A DNA stretch of 64,000 nucleotides from an uncultured Opitutaceae bacterium (GTDB taxonomy: Bacteria > Verrucomicrobiota > Verrucomicrobiia > Opitutales > Opitutaceae). Location of the stretch: contig CAYPXZ010000016.1 in the NCBI GenBank assembly GCA_964414785.1, positions 677-64,676 of the forward strand, given 5' to 3'. The notes under the pieces are model-generated. The model was not told the origin of the DNA. It searched no databases and saw only the letters and a list, made by a program, of their open reading frames with translations. Shown here piece after piece: positions 38,770 to 46,296 of the stretch. Position numbers and translations under genes: made by a program. The first letter of the stretch is position 1; each line of letters starts with the position of its first letter.

Positions 38770-39731
38770 AGATCTGGTCCAACGGGGATTTCGGGAGCGA
38801 GGGTATGGCGCTACTGGCGGGGGGCGTCGGCACCCACTCGCTCGTGCTTTCGGACAGCCGCAACAGCTCCGTGCTTGCCGGCGGCCAGCGCGACCCATCG
38901 ATCGCCGGCGCGGACATTGCCTTCGGGCAGCCGGCGCCCGAGGACTGCCTCGCAAACCCGGGCCTGCGCTGGATCGAGGTCTCGAGCGCGGGCTACACCC
39001 GCTACGACACCGCTGAATTCCGGGAGGCCATGCGCTCGCGCGGCACCGTGTTCACGAATGCGTCCCAGGCCTATGCGGATGCGTGCGCCGAGCATGTTCT
39101 CGCGATGATGCTTGCCCTTGGCCGCCAGCTCCTCCCCTCGTTCGCCACGCAGCAGGGTGATCGGTCGTGGCCCTACCAGGAACGGCGAGACCAGTCGCGC
39201 CTGCTCACGGGCCAGACCGTCGCCCTCCTTGGGTTCGGAGCGATCGGGCGCCGGCTCGCGGAGCTCCTCGCCCCCTTCCATGCAAGGGTCTTCGCCGTCC
39301 GGCGCAGCATCCGCAGCGAGCCCGGCGTCCGGGTCGTCGCGGAGGAGAGCCTGACCATGGTCCTCGCCGAGGCCGACCACGTGGTGAACGTGCTCCCCGA
39401 GAACGACACCACGCGCAACTACGTGAACGCGCGGCGGATCGCCTGCTTCAAGCCGGGGGCCCGTTTCTACAACGTCGGCCGGGGGACGACCGTGGACCAG
39501 GACGCCCTCATCAAGGGCCTCGAGTCCGGCAGGATAGGGGCCGCCTACCTCGACGTCATGGTTCCCGAACCCCTTCCGAAGGAACATCCGCTCTGGTCCG
39601 CGCCGAATTGTTTCATAACCCCGCACACGGCAGGGGGTCGCAACAACGTGAACGAGGAGCTCGTGCGCCACTTCCTCGCGAATCTGGCGCTCTTCCAGAC
39701 GGGCGGCCAACTGGTCGACCGCGTCCTGTGA
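38766..39731 (+). CDS. D-isomer-specific 2-hydroxyacid dehydrogenase family protein
   Basis: NAD-binding LLGFGAIGRRLA, and catalytic-region ARFYNVGRG and DVMVPEPLP...ITPHTAG. The GTG start overlaps the upstream stop. Confidence 0.82.
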   Translation: MKIWSNGDFGSEGMALLAGGVGTHSLVLSDSRNSSVLAGGQRDPSIAGADIAFGQPAPEDCLANPGLRWIEVSSAGYTRYDTAEFREAMRSRGTVFTNASQAYADACAEHVLAMMLALGRQLLPSFATQQGDRSWPYQERRDQSRLLTGQTVALLGFGAIGRRLAELLAPFHARVFAVRRSIRSEPGVRVVAEESLTMVLAEADHVVNVLPENDTTRNYVNARRIACFKPGARFYNVGRGTTVDQDALIKGLESGRIGAAYLDVMVPEPLPKEHPLWSAPNCFITPHTAGGRNNVNEELVRHFLANLALFQTGGQLVDRVL

Positions 39732-39768
39732 CGTTTCCGTGGCTTGGACCACGGACTGCCGATCGCGG

Positions 39769-39805
39769 TTGAATTTTGGCCCATCCGGGGGAATAATACC
39801 CCCGG
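39769..39805 (+). promoter_or_regulatory. Candidate sigma70-like promoter (TTGAAT-17 nt-AATAAT) whose -10 lies in the loop of an inverted repeat CCGGGGG-N7-CCCCCGG
   Basis: Read directly, about 90-120 nt upstream of the precursor-peptide ATG. Confidence 0.3.
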
Positions 39806-39890
39806 TAGTAACTCTTATACCCACACCGCACGGATCGGCACAGTGCCGGGCCGTGGCGGGCACTCCGAAACCCAACAATAGAAGTCTGTT

Positions 39891-40148
39891 ATGAACAAAT
39901 CGACACGTTTCATCGTCACCGCCGCGGCCATGGCCGGGCTCTATGCAGGATCGATGGCCACGCGCGCTTATGCCGATGGCGCTGCCGGAAGTGGTGATTC
40001 CTCCAAGGATGCCTCCAAGGACGCGGGCAAGCACGATTGTAAGGGCCAGAACTCGTGCAAGGGCCAGGGCGGCTGCAAGGCCGGCGACAACGGCTGCAAG
40101 GGCCAGAACTCCTGCAAGGGCAAGGGCGGCTGCAACACGAACAAGTAA
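39891..40148 (+). CDS. bufA: Sec-exported Cys-rich RiPP precursor, bufferin BufA2-like (6-Cys type)
   Basis: 85 aa. Signal peptide MNKSTRFIVTAAAMAGLYAGSMATRAYA|DG, a Ser/Asp/Lys-rich linker, then the core CKGQNSCKGQGGCKAGDNGCKGQNSCKGKGGC (six Cys, two repeats). It lies directly upstream of the DUF692/DUF2063/DoxX genes. Confidence 0.8.
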   Translation: MNKSTRFIVTAAAMAGLYAGSMATRAYADGAAGSGDSSKDASKDAGKHDCKGQNSCKGQGGCKAGDNGCKGQNSCKGKGGCNTNK

Positions 40149-40196
40149 GGGACCGGCCGAGCTCAGCAACGTCAGCCTCAAAGGACCTTTAGCGAC

Positions 40197-40227
40197 GCGG
40201 CCGGCTGGAACGCCGGCCGCGTTTTTT
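40197..40227 (+). terminator. Strong intrinsic terminator/attenuator between precursor and modification genes
   Basis: GCGGCCGGC-TGGAAC-GCCGGCCGC followed by GTTTTTT. It ends 4 nt before the DUF692 ATG. Confidence 0.8.
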
Positions 40228-40231
40228 CAAT

Positions 40232-41080
40232 ATGCCCGCCAACCGATTCAACGGCCACTGCGATTACGGCATCGGCATCGGACTGCGGGTTCCCCACTAC
40301 TCGCACATCCTCTCGAAGAAGCCGGTCGTGGACTGGTTTGAGATCATCTCCGAGAACTTCATGGTCGAGGGGGGCAGGCCCCTTGAGCTGCTGGACAAGA
40401 TCCTCGAGCAGTATCGCGTCGTGCAGCACGGCGTCTCGATGTACTTCGGCTCGGCGGACAAGCCCGACCGGGCGCACCTGAGGAGGCTCAAGAACCTGGT
40501 GAAGCGGACGAAGACGCCCTGGCTCTCGGACCACCTGTGCTGGGGCAGCGTCGACGGCACGTACACCCACGACCTGCTCCCGATGCCCTACACGTTCGCC
40601 GCGGCCCGGCGCACGGCGGAGAAGATCCGCCAGACCCGCGACTTCCTCGAGATCCCCATCTGCGTCGAGAACGTGAGCAGCTACGCCGAGTTCCACGCCT
40701 CCGAGATGACCGAGTGGGAGTTCCTGAGCGAGGTGGTCGAGCTCGCGGACTGCGGAATCCTGCTCGACGTGAACAACATCTACGTCTCGTCGAAGAACCA
40801 CGGGTTCGACCCGTACGATTACGTCAACAACGTGCCGCACGACCGCGTCGGCCAGATGCACATCGCCGGGCACACCAAGTTTGAGAAGTACATCCTCGAC
40901 ACGCACGACCACCCCGTGCTCGACCCCGTGTGGAAGCTCTACGCGAGGGCGACCGAGCTGTGCGGGGTGTCGGCCACCCTCCTTGAATGGGACGACAAGA
41001 TCCCGTCGTTCGACGAGGTCCACAATGAGGCCCTGAAGGCGAACGAGTTCATCGACGGCGCGAAGAAGGCGGTGGTGTGA
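40232..41080 (+). CDS. bufB: DUF692-family multinuclear non-heme iron oxidative enzyme (MNIO; MbnB/BufB-like)
   Basis: 282 aa with GIGLRVPHY, VDWFEIISENF, HGVSMYFGS, LSDHLCW, HDLLPMPYT, VENVSSY, LLDVNNIYVSSKNHGFDP, HIAGH and DTHDHPV, which are all DUF692 hallmark blocks. Confidence 0.9.
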   Translation: MPANRFNGHCDYGIGIGLRVPHYSHILSKKPVVDWFEIISENFMVEGGRPLELLDKILEQYRVVQHGVSMYFGSADKPDRAHLRRLKNLVKRTKTPWLSDHLCWGSVDGTYTHDLLPMPYTFAAARRTAEKIRQTRDFLEIPICVENVSSYAEFHASEMTEWEFLSEVVELADCGILLDVNNIYVSSKNHGFDPYDYVNNVPHDRVGQMHIAGHTKFEKYILDTHDHPVLDPVWKLYARATELCGVSATLLEWDDKIPSFDEVHNEALKANEFIDGAKKAVV

Positions 41081-42012
41081 AGAGGCCGCCCAAGCACGCC
41101 CCGGAGAGGATCGCCTCCACCGAGGACCTCCGGTCGTTCCAGCGGATGATGGCGACCGCGGTGACCCGGCCCATGACGGCGCAGGACGGACTCCAGTCCC
41201 GCTGGATCGACGGGCGCCCGATGGCCAGGGTCGCGGCCGAGTTCGTCAAGCCCAACGACAGGCTGAGCTCATTCGAGCGCCTCGAGCTCTACAACCAGAT
41301 GTACTGGTTCCGGCTTTTCAGCGCGATCCAGGACGACTGCCCCGGCCTGCGCGCGGCCCTGGGAGACGGCAAGTTCATGCGCCTGGCCCGGGCGTACCTG
41401 GCCAAGTGCCCATCCCGCTCGTTCACGCTTCGCGACCTGTGCTCGCGCCTCGTGGAGTTCATCCGCAAGAACCCACGGCTGACGGCCCCGCGGACCGCCT
41501 TGGCGGTCGAGATCGCCCGCTTCGAATGGGCCCAGACGGTGGCCTTTGACGGCGAGGCGAGGCCGGTCGTGGACGCGCAGGGGTTCGCCCGGACGCCCCC
41601 GGACCGGCTGCGCCTCGGCATCCAGCCCTACCTCACGCTGCTCGACCTGCGCCACCCGATCGATACCTACGTGATCTCGGTGAAGCGCCGCGAGGTGATG
41701 CGCTCCGAGGCGAGCAACACTCCCGATGCGAGCGCCTTGCCCGGCCGCGCGGCCCGACGGCCCTCGCTGCCGCGTCCGTCGCGGACATGCGTCGCCGTCC
41801 ACCGGCACAACAACCGCCTCTTCTACAAGCGCCTGAGCCCGGCCGCGTACCGCATCCTTGCTGAACTGGCCCGGGGGCAAACGCTCACCCGGGCGGTGGC
41901 CGCCGCGGGGCCCGGGGTGAGGCCGGCGCAGGTCCGGGCGTGGTTCACCACCTGGATGGCGCTCGGCTGGTTCTGCGCCCCCGGGAACAAACGGCTCCCG
42001 AGGGCATCCTGA
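41077..42012 (+). CDS. bufC: DUF2063-domain partner protein (BufC-like)
   Basis: 311 aa. LELYNQMYWFRLFSAIQDDCPGLRAALGDGKFMRLARAYLAKCPSRSFTLRDL is typical of the DUF2063 N-terminal domain. The GTGTGA overlap with bufB indicates translational coupling. Confidence 0.8.
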   Translation: MKRPPKHAPERIASTEDLRSFQRMMATAVTRPMTAQDGLQSRWIDGRPMARVAAEFVKPNDRLSSFERLELYNQMYWFRLFSAIQDDCPGLRAALGDGKFMRLARAYLAKCPSRSFTLRDLCSRLVEFIRKNPRLTAPRTALAVEIARFEWAQTVAFDGEARPVVDAQGFARTPPDRLRLGIQPYLTLLDLRHPIDTYVISVKRREVMRSEASNTPDASALPGRAARRPSLPRPSRTCVAVHRHNNRLFYKRLSPAAYRILAELARGQTLTRAVAAAGPGVRPAQVRAWFTTWMALGWFCAPGNKRLPRAS

Positions 42013-42035
42013 TCGCCGACGGCGCCCCAACCCCC

Positions 42036-42494
42036 ATGAAACTCCTGTCCAAACTCCACGCCCTGCTCGCCAGGGCAGGGCACCTCCTGCAGAGCCCGCT
42101 CCTCCTCGTCATCCGGGCCTATTGGGGCTGGCAGTTCATTGGCACGGGCTGGGGAAAACTCCACCGGCTCGGCGACGTGACGAAGTATTTCGCGAGCCTC
42201 AACATCCCGGCCCCCCACCTGAACGCCATCCTGGCGTCGTCGACCGAGACCCTGGGCGGAGTCCTGCTGATCCTCGGCCTGTTCACCCGCTTCGCGTCGC
42301 TCGCCCTGATTGGCGTCATGTGCGTCGCCTACGCGACGGCGGAGAGGGAGGCCCTGAACGCGATCTTCAGCGACACGGACAAGTTCTTCGGCGCCGCGCC
42401 GTTCCTCTTCCTCTATGCGGCCGTCCTCCTGTTCGCGTTCGGTCCCGGCAAGCTCGCCGTCGACGCGCTTATCGGCAGGGAAAAGAAGGGCTGA
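42036..42494 (+). CDS. DoxX-family membrane protein (BufD-like)
   Basis: 152 aa with four TM segments. LLLVIRAYWGWQFIGTGWGKL and TETLGGVLLILGLFTRFASLAL are DoxX-like. Confidence 0.8.
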   Translation: MKLLSKLHALLARAGHLLQSPLLLVIRAYWGWQFIGTGWGKLHRLGDVTKYFASLNIPAPHLNAILASSTETLGGVLLILGLFTRFASLALIGVMCVAYATAEREALNAIFSDTDKFFGAAPFLFLYAAVLLFAFGPGKLAVDALIGREKKG

Positions 42495-42513
42495 GGGCCG
42501 TCCGCCCGCGCCC

Positions 42514-43323
42514 TCAGCTTTTCGGGTTGCAGAGGTCCTCGTACGCGTAGGCAAACGCGCCGACGACGACGGGAAGGGCGATGAAGATGCCCACGCCGAG
42601 GGCCGCAAAGCCCAGCAGGAAAAAGGGTATGCCGAGCAGGATGAGCCCGCAGACCCTCCACCACTGCCGCGTGACGACGCGGCGGCTGGTCTCCATGGCC
42701 TCCCAGAAGCCCAGACCCTTGTCGACCGCCAGGATGTAGGTGAACGGGTAGGCGAACGCCAGGTAGATCCCTGGGATCACCAGGCAGATGAGCCCGACGG
42801 CGATGAAGATCGACACGAGGAGCCCCGCGATGAGGAGGTTGAGGAACGCCTTCGTGAACCCGGCAAATGCGTCGCCCAGGGTCGACGGCTGGCCGCGGAT
42901 CTTGCGCAGGAAGTAGTAATAGTACCCCGCCGTGACTACGCCCCCGAGGAGCGGGGACACGAAGAAGAGTCCCGCGTACTGGGAGTATCCCAGGCACGCG
43001 AAGATCAGCGCCATCAGGACGCTGACGCCGACCAACGGCCAGAAGTTGGCCTTCAGGAGATTCCAGCTGCGCTCGTAGCAGCTGATGATGTCGAGCTTGG
43101 CCGCGGCCGCGGAGGCCGGGACTGTCACCGGAGGCGCGCCCGCGCCGCCCGCGGGGGCGCTGCCCGTGATCTCCGGGAAATCCGCGACGGTCTTCCACGT
43201 GTCCTCTCCCGCCACCTTTATCTTCGTCTCAAGATTGGCCCGGCCGCCCGCGATCCAGGCGCGGACCTGCTCGGCTGTCACCGGCCCGTACTCCCTGCCG
43301 TCCCCTCCGATGATCGTGTACAT
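42514..43323 (-). CDS. GYF_2-domain membrane protein
   Basis: N-terminal MYTIIGGDGREYGPVTAEQVRAWIAGGRANLETKIKVAGEDTWKTVADFPE (GYF-like domain) followed by about five TM helices. Confidence 0.65.
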   Translation of the reverse strand: MYTIIGGDGREYGPVTAEQVRAWIAGGRANLETKIKVAGEDTWKTVADFPEITGSAPAGGAGAPPVTVPASAAAAKLDIISCYERSWNLLKANFWPLVGVSVLMALIFACLGYSQYAGLFFVSPLLGGVVTAGYYYYFLRKIRGQPSTLGDAFAGFTKAFLNLLIAGLLVSIFIAVGLICLVIPGIYLAFAYPFTYILAVDKGLGFWEAMETSRRVVTRQWWRVCGLILLGIPFFLLGFAALGVGIFIALPVVVGAFAYAYEDLCNPKS

Positions 43324-43383
43324 GAGGCCGATATGACCAGCGGGGGAAGCCCACGTCAACCGCGCCCGGCGTCCGGCCCCCGG

Positions 43384-44703
43384 TTATTGCCGCGGCGGGG
43401 CCCCGGCGGCGCGCGCGACGGCCTGGCGGGCGAGGACGCAGTCATAGCGGGCCTGGAGGCGGCCGAGCTCGGCCGCCCTGAGCGCGCTCTGGGCGTCCAG
43501 GAGCTCAAAGTTCGTGATGACGCCGTTCGCGTAGCGGGTCTGCGCCAGCGAAAGGGCCTCGCGGGCCTGGTCGACGAGCGTGTCGGCGTTTCCAAGCCTG
43601 GACCTTGCGGCGTTGAGGTCCGAGTACGCGTCGGCGACCTCCGTGGTGATCGTGTCCCTCAGCTCCCTCTCCCGTGCCTGGGCCGATCGGACGCCGGCGT
43701 CGGCCTCCATGCGCTCGCCCTCGACCCGCTTCCCCGTGAATATGGGAACCTGAAGCGACAGCCCGGCGGAAACGTATCCTCTGTTGTCATACAAGGCCGG
43801 GACGACCCCGTTCTCCACGCCGCCCGAGACCTGGGCGGCGAGGGTCGGCCGGTTTCCCCGGTCGGCCGAATCAAGCTTGAAGCGCGCGGTCTGCTCGTTG
43901 TCGCGGGCCACCTTCATCTCGGGGCGGTTGACGAGGCCGTCCGCGATCGCGGCGGACTCTGCGAGGGCGGGCGCGCCCGCGTCAAAGTCCCCGGTGAGCT
44001 CGAGGGGCGAGGCGGGGTCGCGGCCCAGGAGCTGGCGCAGGCCGTTCTCCTGCTTCTCCAGGGACGCGAGCGTGTCGGTCAGGTGGTTCCTGGCGTTGAC
44101 GAGACGCACCTGCGTCGTCAGCACGTCGAACTTGGTCGCGCTCCCTGCGTCGAACTTCCGCTGGGCGATGCGCAGGGCCTCCTCGAGCGCGCTGATCTCC
44201 TCCCGGGCGACGCCCGAGGACTCGCGCAGCAGGAGCACGCCGTAGAACGATTGGATGGCCTGGTACCCGAGCTGGTGCCTGACCTCCTCAAGGGCGTCCT
44301 GGGCGGCGATCTGGCCTGAGCGGGCCATGTCGACCAGGCGGTCGGTGCGGCCGAAGTCCGTCAGCAGCTGCCTCGCCGTGATGTTCACGTTGTAGGCGTC
44401 CTGGACGTTCTCGTAGATCGCGCCCCTCGGGCCGCCCGGTATCGAGATCGCGACGTAGGGCCGCAGCGAGGTGTAGTTGTAGCCGCCCTGGCCGGTCACC
44501 TGCGGGAGCCGGCTCGAGTTCGCCTGCATCGTACGGGCGCGCGCGGCGTCGACGGCCGAGCGGGCGGCGTCGATCGTCGGATAGCGGGCGATCACCGACT
44601 CGACGGCCTGATCGAGCGTGAGCGGGCCCGACGCCGTGCCCTGCGCGAATGCCGAGGACGCGATCGAGGCGAGGACAAGGAGAAATGCGCCTTTGTTTTT
44701 CAT
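43384..44703 (-). CDS. TolC-family outer membrane efflux protein
   Basis: Signal peptide MKNKGAFLLVLASIASSAFA and two OEP repeats (LTLDQAVE...; RYPTIDAARSAVDAAR). Last gene of the efflux operon. Confidence 0.85.
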   Translation of the reverse strand: MKNKGAFLLVLASIASSAFAQGTASGPLTLDQAVESVIARYPTIDAARSAVDAARARTMQANSSRLPQVTGQGGYNYTSLRPYVAISIPGGPRGAIYENVQDAYNVNITARQLLTDFGRTDRLVDMARSGQIAAQDALEEVRHQLGYQAIQSFYGVLLLRESSGVAREEISALEEALRIAQRKFDAGSATKFDVLTTQVRLVNARNHLTDTLASLEKQENGLRQLLGRDPASPLELTGDFDAGAPALAESAAIADGLVNRPEMKVARDNEQTARFKLDSADRGNRPTLAAQVSGGVENGVVPALYDNRGYVSAGLSLQVPIFTGKRVEGERMEADAGVRSAQARERELRDTITTEVADAYSDLNAARSRLGNADTLVDQAREALSLAQTRYANGVITNFELLDAQSALRAAELGRLQARYDCVLARQAVARAAGAPPRQ

Positions 44704-44719
44704 GGGAGGAACGGGAAGG

Positions 44720-46282
44720 TCAGTGCGACTCGGCCGCCGCGGCCGCCGCGCCCTTTGGGAGCGAGCCGGGCCGGCCGGCAAAGAGGATCAGGGGCACGCA
44801 TGCCATGGATAGGAAACCGACAAAACGGAATGCGTCGATATAACTGAGCAGGTAGGACTGCTGCTGGACGGTGGCGTCGAGCAGCCCGAGCGCCCGGCGG
44901 GGGGCCTCCCAGGCCGTGGCGCCCCTGGCGAGCATCGCATGAGTGAGCTGGCTGAGCCTCCCGTCGGTCGCCGGGTCGCCGGCCACGAGCCTCGAGACCA
45001 GGCTCAGCCGGTGGGCCGCGTAGCGGTGGTCCAGGAAAGTGTTGATGAACGCGATCCCGAAGGAGCCCCCCATCTGGCGCATCATGTTGTTGAGGGCGAC
45101 CCCCTGGGGTATGTCCCGGGCATGGAGCCCGGACACGGCGAGCTGCGTCAGCGGGATGGTGACCAGGCTCAGGCCGATCGCGCGAAGGATGATGGGCCAG
45201 AAGAAGTCGCTGGACTCCGCGGTCAGGTTGAGGCCCGACAGCTTCATGGCGAAGACCGACACGATCCCGAACCCGAGGATCACCATGAACTGGGGAGGAA
45301 ATCCCTTCATGAGGAGCCTTCCCATCATGGGGAGGATGACCACGGCGACGATCGTGCCCGGCAGGAAGAGCATCCCGGTCTTGAGCGCCGTGTACCCAAG
45401 CAGGCGCTGGGTGAACACCGGGACGATGAAGACCGTCGCAAACAGGGCGAAGCCGAGGACGAACGTGAGGCTGGCGGCGATCGCCAACCTGCGGCTCTTG
45501 AGGACGCGCAGGTCGACGACGGGGTGCTCCGCCATGAGCTCGCGCACGATGAAGGAGACGAGGGACACCGCCGCGACGGCCGCGAGGATCACGATGTACC
45601 GCTTGGAGAACCAGTCCTCCGACTCGCCGCGCTCAAGCACCGTCTGGAGCGAGCCGAGGCCGACGACCAGGAGCACGATCCCGGGCCAGTCTATCGTCTC
45701 AGCGTTCCGGGCGTGGTCGGGCTCCTTCACGTAGAGCCAGGACAGGAACGCCGCGGCGAGGCCGATCGGCAGGTTGATGTAGAAGATCCACGGCCAGGAG
45801 TACTGGTCGATGATCCATCCGCCGACGGTCGGGCCGATCGTGGGTCCCACGAAGATTCCGACCGCGAAGAGGGAGGCGGCGAACCCGCGCTGGGCCACCG
45901 TGTACGTCTCGAAGAGGATTGCCTGGGAGGTGGACAGGAGCGCCCCGCCGCCGATCCCCTGGATGAAGCGGAACGCCACGAGCTCCCAGATGTTGTGGGC
46001 GTTGCCACACGCGACCGACGCCGCGGTGAAGAGCAGGATCGAGCTGATGTAGTAGTTGCGCCGGCCGAACCTGGCGGCGAGGAAGCTGGTCATCGGGATG
46101 ATGATCACGTTGGCGATGGCGTACGAGGTGACGACCCAGGCGACATCCTCCAGGGTGGCGCCCAGGTTGCCGCTCATGTCGTTGAGCGCCACGTTCACGA
46201 TGGACGTGTCGATCAGCTCGATGATCGCCGCGGCGACCACCGTGATCGTGATGATCAGCTTTCGCAGTCCTTGCTCGGCCAT
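44720..46282 (-). CDS. DHA2-family MFS drug efflux transporter (EmrB/QacA-like, 14-TMS)
   Basis: 520 aa with LDTSIVNVAL, FGRRNYYISSILLFT and GIGGGAL motifs. Confidence 0.88.
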   Translation of the reverse strand: MAEQGLRKLIITITVVAAAIIELIDTSIVNVALNDMSGNLGATLEDVAWVVTSYAIANVIIIPMTSFLAARFGRRNYYISSILLFTAASVACGNAHNIWELVAFRFIQGIGGGALLSTSQAILFETYTVAQRGFAASLFAVGIFVGPTIGPTVGGWIIDQYSWPWIFYINLPIGLAAAFLSWLYVKEPDHARNAETIDWPGIVLLVVGLGSLQTVLERGESEDWFSKRYIVILAAVAAVSLVSFIVRELMAEHPVVDLRVLKSRRLAIAASLTFVLGFALFATVFIVPVFTQRLLGYTALKTGMLFLPGTIVAVVILPMMGRLLMKGFPPQFMVILGFGIVSVFAMKLSGLNLTAESSDFFWPIILRAIGLSLVTIPLTQLAVSGLHARDIPQGVALNNMMRQMGGSFGIAFINTFLDHRYAAHRLSLVSRLVAGDPATDGRLSQLTHAMLARGATAWEAPRRALGLLDATVQQQSYLLSYIDAFRFVGFLSMACVPLILFAGRPGSLPKGAAAAAAESH

Positions 46283-46296
46283 GGCGGTCCCCGGCT

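Noticed and set aside
38811-40181. 456-aa minus-strand ORF covering the 2-hydroxyacid dehydrogenase gene and the small precursor gene.
   Set aside because: This is a shadow ORF with Ala/Leu/Gly/Arg-rich low-complexity translation. It would mask the genuine 85-aa Cys-rich precursor on the plus strand, which has a signal peptide and the correct operon context.
42415-44319. 634-aa plus-strand ORF.
   Set aside because: It is antisense to the GYF membrane protein and TolC-family genes, and it has no motifs.
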